Of a stretch of DNA of 64,000 nt, positions 44,314-54,100 are shown one piece after another (the stretch's first letter is position 1; each line of letters opens with the position of its first letter). The notes below the pieces were generated by a model. That model saw only the letters and a list, made by a program, of their open reading frames with translations, made no database searches and was not told where the DNA came from. Both the position numbers and the translations under genes were made by a program. Source of the stretch: an uncultured Gemmatimonadales bacterium (GTDB taxonomy: Bacteria > Gemmatimonadota > Gemmatimonadetes > Longimicrobiales > Gaopeijiaceae); NCBI GenBank assembly GCA_963823035.1, contig CAWGKG010000014.1, forward strand, positions 288,001 to 352,000, given 5' to 3'.

Positions 44314-44853
44314 TTACTCGGACTTCTCCTCGGGGGCCTCGGCCTCGCCCTCGGGGGCGGCGGCCTCCTCGCTCTTCGCAGCGGCTTCCGCTGTAGCGGC
44401 CTCGGCTGCAGAAGCCTCGGCAGCGGCGGCTTCGGCTGCAGCGGCTTCGGCAGCGGCGGCTTCGGCAGCGGCGGCTTCGGCAGCGGCGGCTTCGGCGGCG
44501 GCCGCCGCTTCGACCTTGCGCTTCTCGGCGGCACGCTTGGCGGCCAGCTCCTCGGCGCGCTTGGCCTCGCGCTCCTCGACGGCAACCTCGCCCACGGCGA
44601 CCGTGGCGTCCCCACCGCGGCGCGCCTTGGTGATGAGCGACCTCACCGTGCCGGAGGGCGACGCGCCCTGGCCGAGCCAGTGGTCCAGGCGGTCCATGTC
44701 GAGGACCAGCCGGGCCGGCTGCGAGAGGGGCTTGTAGTAGCCGAGGCTCTCCACGAAGCGCCCGTCGCGGGGAGAGAGGCTGTCGGCCACCACGATCCGG
44801 TAGTGGGGCTGCTTCTTCCGGCCCATCCGCCGGAGTCGAATTCGTACGGGCAT
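44314..44853 (-). CDS. rpsP: 30S ribosomal protein S16 with long Ala/Glu tail
   Basis: [44 protein letters not shown]. Confidence 0.97.
   Translation of the reverse strand: MPVRIRLRRMGRKKQPHYRIVVADSLSPRDGRFVESLGYYKPLSQPARLVLDMDRLDHWLGQGASPSGTVRSLITKARRGGDATVAVGEVAVEEREAKRAEELAAKRAAEKRKVEAAAAAEAAAAEAAAAEAAAAEAAAAEAAAAEASAAEAATAEAAAKSEEAAAPEGEAEAPEEKSE
44378..44510 (-). repeat. 15-bp coding tandem repeat (EAAAA)n in the S16 tail
   Basis: Repeated gcagcggcggcttcg-like units, about 9 copies. Confidence 0.9.
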
Positions 44854-44942
44854 GATCCTGGACGATTCCTTGAGCGCGACCGGGTCCCGCACACGCGGCC
44901 ACCCGGCCCGGAGGCGTTGTACCTCCGGAAAGACAGACGTAA

Positions 44943-44971
44943 AGAATAACCGGACGCCCGGAGAGGGTCCA
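44943..44971 (-). promoter_or_regulatory. Putative sigma-70 promoter for rpsP-rimM-trmD
   Basis: Minus strand TGGACC-N17-TATTCT, nearly identical to the blaI promoter; leader hairpin ccggagg..cctccgg near 44907-44927. Confidence 0.55.
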
Positions 44972-45189
44972 GACGACCCGCTCGACGGAGATGCAGGAGG
45001 GGCTTACCGCCCCGCACGAAGGCAGCCTCCACGCAGGTACCTGGTCTACCACACGAGCGCGACATCGGAGCGCAACACGCTTGCGCGATGATGCAGTCGT
45101 GCAACAGCATCGCACATCGCCGACGGCGCTTGGCGCCTCCGATTGCGGCGAGGCAGGGCCGGGGCCCCTATCGTGGATGAGGCGATGGC

Positions 45190-47178
45190 ATGAGCGCGTA
45201 CACGGACTTCTCGATCCAGATCGGACCGCTGATCGAGGGAGGCCGCATCCAGATACGGGCTGAGTGCGGTGGCGCGGCCGTCAGGCAGGCGGTGTCTCTC
45301 GAGACGCTCCCGGGCCCCGTCGGCGATGCACTGAGCTTCGTGGGCACGCGACAGGCCGCCGGATCCCCTCGCGACCTGAGCAACTTGGAGACGGGCTGGG
45401 GCCCGGCGGTTCTGGATCGGGAGTTGGGTGAGGCGCTCTACTCGTCGCTCTTCGGCGGAGAGATGGGCGAGCTCTTCGCGACCCACGCGCAGCCCGCCCG
45501 AGACGGTGGCGGGCTGCGCATCCGCCTGCAGTTCGACCTCAGCGACGAATCCGCTCCCCTCGCGAGCCTGCCCTGGGAGGCGATGAACCGGCAGGGCAAC
45601 CCGCTCCTGCTCTCCGGCGCGGTCTCCATCGTCCGCAGCATCGATCTTTCCGCAACGATTTCCGATCGCGAGTACGAGCCGCCGCTGCGCGTCCTGCTCA
45701 TCGCGTCGAATCCGTTCGGAGATCTCAAGCTGGATCGGGAACTGAATGGCATTCGCGAACGTCTGGAGCGGCGGGGCGTCTTCCTGGACGTGCTGAAGGA
45801 CGTGTCGACGAAAGGGCTGGGGAACCGGCTGATCGAGAACGACTACGACATCGTCCACTTCATGGGACATGGTGAGTTCGTCGAGGGGGTGGGCGCGCTG
45901 GCGATGGCCGGGGGCGAGATGGCCACGGGCCAGATGCTCGGACAGCTCTTCCTGGGAGAGCCGCGGACACGTCTCATCGTCCTGAACGCCTGCCACACGG
46001 GAGAGATCGGCAGGCTGCGCGGCCAGGACCCCTTTGCCGGCGTAGCCGCCGCTCTGGTGCGCGCCGGCCCTCCGGCCGTCGTGGCGATGCAGTTCCGGGT
46101 CTCCGACGACGCCGCCATCGACTTCGCCGACAAGTTCTACGCGGCGATCGTGCGCGGCGACGGGGTGGAGCGAGCGGTCAGCGACGGGCGTCGCGCGATG
46201 ATCACGCAGCAGGAGTGGGCCACGCCGGTCCTCTTCCTGCGCGGGAGCGGCGATCTGTTCCGAAGGGAGCCCGTCGCCGCCGTCGGCAGTCCCGCCTCGC
46301 AGGCCGGCGTCGGAAGCCCACTCGACTGGAACCTACTACCCTACATGATCGACCGCCGCCCCGTGGTCGAAGGACTGAGGCGAACGATCCGGCGTCAGAA
46401 GGAGCAGGCCTCCGAATGGCCTGTATTGGGGGTGATCCACGGGGACGAGGCACAGTGCCAGGAAAAGCTGATCGAGCGGCTCAAGGAAGAGGAGCTGCCG
46501 TACCTCCTGGATCTCACCGATACCGACGAGCCGGTCACGCAGTACTCCGTCTCGTGGCCGAGCGGGCAGAGGGACGCCGATGACTTCCGGGACGCCCTGT
46601 TCGCCAACCTGGCCAGGAAGGTCGGGCTCGGGGGGGTGGAGGTCGCGATCGATCGGGTGCTCGACAAGCTCGTTCCCTTCCCGGTGATGATCTGGACCCA
46701 GGTTCTGAGCGACGAGCTCGCCGCACCGAACTGCGAGGGGGCCCTGCACAACTACCTCGATTTCTGGCAACGGCTACCCAGGCGAACGGGGATGCAACGC
46801 ATCTTCGTCTTCCTGTTCGTCAAGTACCGGACGCTCCAGCCCACCGATGAGCTGGGCTTCTTCGCGAGGCTTAGGGTCAAGAGAGCCAACGAGGCGCTGA
46901 CGCGTTCGAACGGACACATCCGGGCCATCCTGTCCGAGTGCGGGAAGACGTTCGAGCAGTTCGACGGCGTCGTGCTGAGCGTTCTGCCCGAGCTGGAGGA
47001 GGTGTCCGAGCAGGACGTCGAGAACTGGGCTGGTGAAAACGACCAGCTCGACCTCCTCGACGACATCCGCGCGCTCTTCCGTGCCCAGGGGCGTCGCACG
47101 CTGTCGATGCGTGTAGTCGCGGACAGGGTCCTCGAGCTGATGGAGAGCCGAGACGGCGCGAAAGGAGAGGTGGCATGA
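45190..47178 (+). CDS. CHAT (caspase-like) peptidase fused to an inactive STAND (iSTAND) domain
   Basis: LASLPWEAM, PLRVLLIASNP, IVHFMGHG (His), VLNAC (Cys), VVAMQF.V.D, WATPVLF; then LLPYMIDR..PVLGVIHGDEAQC.EKLIERL (degenerate P-loop). Confidence 0.85.
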   Translation: MSAYTDFSIQIGPLIEGGRIQIRAECGGAAVRQAVSLETLPGPVGDALSFVGTRQAAGSPRDLSNLETGWGPAVLDRELGEALYSSLFGGEMGELFATHAQPARDGGGLRIRLQFDLSDESAPLASLPWEAMNRQGNPLLLSGAVSIVRSIDLSATISDREYEPPLRVLLIASNPFGDLKLDRELNGIRERLERRGVFLDVLKDVSTKGLGNRLIENDYDIVHFMGHGEFVEGVGALAMAGGEMATGQMLGQLFLGEPRTRLIVLNACHTGEIGRLRGQDPFAGVAAALVRAGPPAVVAMQFRVSDDAAIDFADKFYAAIVRGDGVERAVSDGRRAMITQQEWATPVLFLRGSGDLFRREPVAAVGSPASQAGVGSPLDWNLLPYMIDRRPVVEGLRRTIRRQKEQASEWPVLGVIHGDEAQCQEKLIERLKEEELPYLLDLTDTDEPVTQYSVSWPSGQRDADDFRDALFANLARKVGLGGVEVAIDRVLDKLVPFPVMIWTQVLSDELAAPNCEGALHNYLDFWQRLPRRTGMQRIFVFLFVKYRTLQPTDELGFFARLRVKRANEALTRSNGHIRAILSECGKTFEQFDGVVLSVLPELEEVSEQDVENWAGENDQLDLLDDIRALFRAQGRRTLSMRVVADRVLELMESRDGAKGEVA

Positions 47179-48155
47179 ATCGACTGTTCAGGGGCGATCG
47201 AAGGCGCGCGACCGAGCCAGTCCAACTGCCCAGGCCAGGTCGACTCGACCTGCTCAGGGAGTCCGAGTACCTCCCGGACCCGGGGCTGGTGGACGCGGTG
47301 AACGTGGCGCTAGTGCTCGGCCAGCCCCTCCTGCTCACCGGAGAGCCCGGCACCGGCAAGACGCAGCTCGCCTACTATCTCGCCTGGGAGCTGGCTCTGG
47401 GCGACGTGCTGAAGTTCGAGACGAAGTCGAGCAGCGCGGCCAGCTCCCTCTTCTACACGTACGACGCCCTACGCCGCTTCCAGCACGCGCAGAGCGGGAT
47501 CGTCCACGAGAACGCGTTGCCCTACATCACCTACAACGCCCTCGGACGAGCCATTCTCCTCACGCGCCCCCGCGACGCGGTCGCGCAGTGGATACCGGAC
47601 GGGTTCGCGCACGAGGGACCGCAGCGATGCGTCGTGCTGATCGACGAGGTCGACAAGGCGCCGCGCGACCTCCCGAACGACATCCTGAACGAGCTCGATC
47701 AGATGTACTTCCGGGTGTCCGAGCTCGACAACGAGCCGATCCGGGCCGACCCGGACTTCCGGCCCGTCGTGATCATCACCAGCAACTCGGAGAAGGACCT
47801 TCCGGACGCGTTCCTCCGGCGCTGTATCTTCTACAACATCCCGTTCCCGGAGCGGGGTCGCATGGGCGAGATCGTCGCATCGCGGCTGGGCCGTTCCGCC
47901 GACGACCCACTTCTCGAGGCAGCGCTCGAGCTCTTCTACCGGTTGCGTGAGCCGGCCAGCGGGTTGAACAAGAAGCCGGCGACCGCCGAGCTGTTGGACT
48001 GGTTGCTCACGCTGCGCCAAATCACGAATGGCGCGAACCCCCTCGTGAGCGACCCGGAATCCGCCCTCACCACGCTTTCCTGCCTCGTCAAGCGCAAGGA
48101 CGATCAGGAGCGTGCCGTCCCCATCGTGAAGGCGTGGGCGAAGAGCCGGGCCTGA
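47175..48155 (+). CDS. MoxR family AAA+ ATPase
   Basis: AVNVAL.LGQPLLLTGEPGTGKT, YTYDALRRF, VVLIDEVDKAPRD, ITSNSEKDLPDAFLRRC, KKPATAELLDW; ATGA overlap with the CHAT gene. Confidence 0.95.
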   Translation: MNRLFRGDRRRATEPVQLPRPGRLDLLRESEYLPDPGLVDAVNVALVLGQPLLLTGEPGTGKTQLAYYLAWELALGDVLKFETKSSSAASSLFYTYDALRRFQHAQSGIVHENALPYITYNALGRAILLTRPRDAVAQWIPDGFAHEGPQRCVVLIDEVDKAPRDLPNDILNELDQMYFRVSELDNEPIRADPDFRPVVIITSNSEKDLPDAFLRRCIFYNIPFPERGRMGEIVASRLGRSADDPLLEAALELFYRLREPASGLNKKPATAELLDWLLTLRQITNGANPLVSDPESALTTLSCLVKRKDDQERAVPIVKAWAKSRA

Positions 48156-51100
48156 ACGCACGGGCGTTCGTCGACCCGGCGGCACTCGTCGACTTCCTCG
48201 ACGCGCTCCGTCGGCGCGGCTTCCGCATCGGCGGCGCGGAATACGTCGCCGCTCAGGACCTGATCGTCACGCTCACGGTGCAAGGCGTGCCCCTCGGGGA
48301 AGACGACCACCTGGAGCGCCATCTTCGTCCCCTGCTCTGCAAGTCGGCCCAGGAGCAAGAGGACTTCGGGACGATCATCGCGGCGTGGCGCGAGCGCCTG
48401 CTGCCCGGTCGCCGGTCGGCCGGCAAGGCCCGGCCGGCGCCGCCCCCCTCGGACCTCCACGCAGAAATCGCGTCCGCGGCGCGCGCGGGACGCTCCTGGA
48501 AGCGCATCGCCGCCGGGGTACTCGTGGCGGGCATCGCGATCACGGCCGCGACGCTCTGGAGCGTGGCGAACCGTCGGTGGACCGTCCACGTCGTCACCGT
48601 GCCCCAGGGCGCGACCGTACGCCTCGAGCGCTCCGAGCGCGAGGGCCCCCCGGGGGTGGGGGGCGCCACGGAGCGCCCCGTCGACGTGGTGGAGGCCGTA
48701 CGGGACACCATGCTCGGGGTGACGCCGCTCCGTTGGCTCGACGTCCCGCCCGGCACGCACGAGCTCGTGATCACGCTGGACGGGTACGCCGACACCACCC
48801 GCGTCGCCGAGGTTCGCGCCGGCCCCCTGTCTCTCTTCCGCAGGAGCCGGCCGGAGATCGACCTGGTCGACACCCTGCGCCCCCTCCAACGCGTCTTGGT
48901 GTCCATCGGCACGGATCCGGAGGGCGCCGATGTCCACCTGGAGCCGCTGAATTCCTCGCTGCGCGGCAGCGTCTCGGCGGACAGCTCGGGTCGGTGGTTC
49001 GCGCTGGAGGGCGTCTACAGTGTCAGTGCGTCGCTCGACGGCTACGAGGACCTGACGCAACGGGATACGCTGCGCCCTGGCCGCGCGAACTCGATCCACC
49101 TCGAGCTGCAGCGACGCCCGGTCGGTATCCTGTCCGCGGCCACCAGCCCGACCGGCGCCACGATCTTCATTGATTCGGTCGAGACGGTGACCACGGCGTC
49201 GGACGGCCCGGTCGCCACGAAGATCGACGCGGGCAGGCGCCACGTGCGAGCCCGGCTGGACGGATACGTGGAGCTCGACTCCGTGATCACGATCGACGAA
49301 CACGCCACGAGACCGATCGACTGGACGCTCCGTCCGCTTCCGACGTTCTCGCTTCAGGTCGAGTCCGCCCCGGACGGCGCGTCCGTCTGGATCGACGGCG
49401 AGCGGGTCGGAACCACGAACTTTCTGTCCGACGTCGATTCGGGTCCGCATGCGATCCGGATCACGCTGACCGGCTACGAGGAGTTCTCCGAGTCCGCCTT
49501 CCGGGTCGAGGCGGACACGTCTCTGCTGGCGACGCTGCACACGCAGCGGCGACCGTTGCGGCGCGTGACGTTCGGTGCGGACGGAAGGCTCGCCGCCGGC
49601 AACGCCGACAGCACGGTCGTAATCTGGGACGTGCGGGGACGCAGCCCGCTCCGCGCCATTCCCAGCAGCTCGATGCGGCTGATCCGGAGGCGAAGCGAGC
49701 GGACACCCGGGGCGACCTCCCCGAGCGGCACCGCACCTCCGGAGACCTCGCTTGGGGACGCCAGCGGCGGTCGCGGGGCCACGACTCGTCCGTCGATCGC
49801 CCCGGAGCAGGCCCCCGAGGCGGGGACGTCACGATCCTGGACGCTGGCCGTCCTCCCCTTCCAGTACCTGGGAACGGACACGACACTCCAAGCACTCGGT
49901 CAAGGGGTCACCGACCTGCTCCTCACGAGCCTTGCGCAAACGAACGGGTTGCGCGTCGTGGAGCGAGGGGCGCTTCAGCCGTTGCTCGAGGAGCAGCGCC
50001 TCTCCGCCGCCGGCCGCGTCGACGAATCGACCGCCGTACAAGTGGGCCGGCTGCTGGCAGCAGACCGCGTGGTCCTGGGCAGGATCGTGAGCGTCCAGGG
50101 GGGCCTGAGCCTCGATGCCCAGGTCGTCGATGCGCGCACGTCAGAGCAGCTAGCGTCCGTGCGGACCCCGCCCTTTGCGGTCGACGGCATCTTCGACGCG
50201 GTGCAGGACGTCACGTTATCGCTCCTGGACCGGCTCGGGGTCGAGTTGACCGAAGCCGAGCGCGTCCGGATCCGGCAGATAGCGACGGCGGGCGCCAAAG
50301 GGGTGGTCGCGACACCCGACGCGGTCTTGGGGATCGAGTGGCCCACTCTAGAAGGGGAGTCCGCGGATTCCTCGGGTAGCTTCTCGTTCCAGGATCTCGT
50401 TCAGGACGTGGCGGTCGCCCCCGACGGCTCCCGCGCCGCCGCGCCCGGCGAAGAGGGTGCCGTGAACCTGTATGCCCCCGGAGCGGATCCGGTGGGCATC
50501 CTCTCGGGGAACTTCGTTCCCATCCAGAGCCTCGCGTTCAGTCCGGACGGTCGGCTGCTCGCGCACGGGGACGCCGCGGGCGGCGTCTGGCTCTGGGTCG
50601 CGGCGCCCGAACCGATCCACGCCTGGCCGGCGCCGCGCGGCCCCGGGGCGACCGCGGCGCCCGAGATCGCGTTCGACATGTCAGGTGGCGACACGCTTGC
50701 GATTGCCGTCCAGGGCGTTTCGGCGGCATGGGATGTCGGTTCCGGTGCGTCGCTCCACATCCGGACGACAGCGGACTCGACCAAGGTGACCCGCGTGGCC
50801 CGGGGCGGTCCCGATTGGACCCGGTCCGCGTGGCTGGACGGGGATTCGACGGACGTGCTCCGTCGGCCCGGAGCTCCACGCGCACACGCGTACAGCCCGG
50901 ACTCGTCGATGCTGGCCACCGTGAACGAAGATGGCATTCGCCTCTGGCGCCACCAGGACCGCGGGCTCGTCGACGCCCTCCTCATGGGCGCCGCGCGCGG
51001 TGACGATGCCGGGCTGAAGACGGCCGCGAAAGTCGACGGCGCGTCGACCGTCGAGAGCATCGTGTTCAGTCCCGATGGGACGCTTCTGGCGGCGGCGGAC

Positions 51101-54100
51101 GCGGACAGCGTCCGCGTCTGGCCGGTTCGACCCGCCCGTGTGCTGGCCGGCGACAGCGGGGCGGTCGTAGGCAGCGGCGCCTTCGACTCCTCGATCCAGT
51201 CGCTGGCTCAGGGCTCGGGCGAGGCTGAGCGCTATCTCTGGCGTATCCGGCTGGGCAGCCACAACGGGGCCGTGACCAGCCTCGCCTTCAGCCCCGACGG
51301 GCAACGCCTCGCCTCCTCCTCCATGGACAGCACGGCGATCGTCTGGAATGTTGGCGCCGCCGTCGCGCAGGACACGATACGGAGCGGGGATGCCATCGAG
51401 AGCGTGGCTTTCAGCCCCGACGGCACGCGCCTCGCCTCCGCGCAAGCCGACTCGGTCCTCATATGGGACGCCGGCGGCAGCCGGCTTGCGACGGTGGTCG
51501 GGTGGCTTCGGACGTATTGGCTGGCGATCACGCCGCCGCTGCTGTTGATCGTGGCGGGACTCGTCATGGTGCCGCTTGGTTGGCGACGCCGGGCCGACCG
51601 CTTCCTCGGCCGCCGACGCACGACCGAGCCGCCGGACCTCATGAACGTGACCTTCGCCGGGCTGGAGTCTCCGTTGTTCCCGGAGGCCTCGCTGTTTCGC
51701 ATCGCACAGCGCTTCCGGCGACGGATCCAGGTCGACGCCCCGGATCTGGACCCCACGGGCACCGTCCGCGCGACCGTCGATCGGGCCGGCGTCTTCACGC
51801 CGGTGTACGCTCGCCGTCAGATCCCTCCCGAGTACCTCGCTCTGATCGATCGATCCACCCACGGGGACCAGCAGGCGCGCTTCATCGACGATCTGCTCGA
51901 TCGCCTCGTACGGGACGGCGTCTTCGTCGAACGGTACTACTTCGATCGGGACGCGCGGCTTTGCTTCCCGCGCGATGCCCAGGAGCGGCCCGTCGCCCTC
52001 CGCCGCCTGACGCAGCGGTTCCCGGGCCACCGGCTTCTGCTGTTCGCCGACGCCGAGACCTTCTTCAGCCGGGTGACCGGCCGGCGGGAAGCGTGGACGC
52101 GCCAACTGCTCACCTGGCCGGAGCGGGCGCTGTTGACGCCGGAGATCCCCGAGCGGTGGGGCGCGCGTGAGGAGGCGCTTCAGGACGACTTCCTCGTCCG
52201 CCACGCGAGCCCCGACGGCCTTCTCGCGACCGCCGACCGCGACGCGAAACTCGAGCGTGTGGGCTACGAGGGATCGTCGTTCCCCTTCCCGCCTGCGCTT
52301 CGCCGCCGCGGCGCGCGATGGCTCGAGCGGGATCCCGTCGGGCCCGAGGAGCTCGACGAGACCATCGCGGGCCTGCGTGGCTATCTCGGCGAGGCGGGCT
52401 TCTACTGGCTCGCGGCGTGCGCGGTGGGGCCGGCGATGAGCTGGCGGTTGACGCTCAATCTCGGCTACGAGCTGCGGGGAGAGGACGGCGAGCGCCTGTT
52501 GGACGGCGAGCGCATGCTCGCGCTCTCGCGGCTCCCCTGGTTCCGCAACGACTACATGCCGGACTGGCTCCGCGATCGGCTCATCGACGAGATGACCCCG
52601 TCGCAAGAGGCCGCGGTCCGCGGCGTGTTCTGGTCCCTTCTGGGCACCGCCACGCTGGGCCACGGCAACCTCAGCGATCTCCGCGTCGCCCGCGACGAGT
52701 CGCGCGCCCTCGGAAGGATCATGTCTCGCGTCCTCGAGCGCGTGCGGCACGAAGCACCGAAGGACCCTCAACTGAACGACTACCTCTTCGTTTCCTTCAT
52801 GGAGGAGGAGACCGCCGGCCGGCTGGCGGTGCGGGTCGGGCACGCGATGACCGACGTCTTCAACGCGCGCCGGGATGGGAAGGCGTCTCGCCGCCGACCC
52901 CGTGTGGAGCGGGCGCGGGGGATCGCGGCGGCGGTGCTCCCTGCCCTCGTGGCTGTCGTGATCGGATCGGTCTGGCTCTGGGGGGCGATCCCTCCTGAGC
53001 ATGCCGGCGTCGAGATCACGCCCGTCGCATCGCTGGCGGTAGACACGCCCATCCCGCAACCCGAGCCGCCCTGGGATGCTTCGCCCCTCCTCCGATTCCT
53101 CCTGTCGGTAGGCCCGGGCCTGGCGCTTCTGGCCCTCATGGTCGGGGCTGGCGCCAAGGTCGTACGGCCCGCGGCGCGGAAGCTACGTGCGTGGGTCGGC
53201 GGAGGCGTCGAGGCGCCGGGCTCCCTCGACTCGGATGTGCGTGGGGAGACCCCCTCGCCGATGCGGGCGCCGCGCCTGCCCAGGCCCAAGACCCTGGCGT
53301 TCGGGATCCCCGCCCTCGTGGTCGTCGCTGTGCTCGGCTGGATGACCGCGGGCTGGCTCCACCTGTCGGGCTGGCTCCTCTGGGTGGTCCGCTCCATGCT
53401 GTGGATCCTCGGCGGCCTGATGGTCGGGCTGCGGACTTTTGGTCGCACCCTTCCACGTCGGGTCTCGCTCGCGGCGGCGATCGCGGCCGTCCTCTTCCTG
53501 GTCGCGCTGGTCGTGGCCGCGCACCGCGAAGACGCGGCCCTCCGAGACGAGGTGAACGCGGCCATCGAAGGTGTGCAGGATCTCTCGCAGCCGCCTGGGG
53601 GCGTGATCGGCGAGGCGGAGCTCCAGCGGCTCGACGCGCTGCGCCGGGTCACCGCCCGACTGTCGCGGTGGGAGAACGAAGGCCGTCCGCTGCGTCGGTT
53701 CCTCCTCATGTATTCGGGCGACGAGCTCTACCCGCTCGCCCGACGCGCGTATTTCGCGCGGCTGCGGACGCTCATGTTCAGCCGCGCCTTCGAGGACGTG
53801 CGCGAGCAGCTGGCCAGCCTCCCGCCGGAGCCGACGCTCGACGAGTACGACCGTGTGTACCGCTCGCTCAAGGTGTACGTCGAGGTCACGGAGCGGCCCG
53901 ACCAGGCCACCGGCCCCTTCTTCGGTGACGTCCTCACCGAGCATTGGGCCGCCGGCGAGGACCCCGACAGCCTCTCGCGCTCGCTCGCCAAGGAGCAGTT
54001 CGCCTTCCTCGGCTCGGAGCTCCCCTATGGCAATCCGTACGACGAGGCGCAGAACAGCGGGTTGGTCAACACGGCACGCTCCTTCCTGGCGGACAACACC

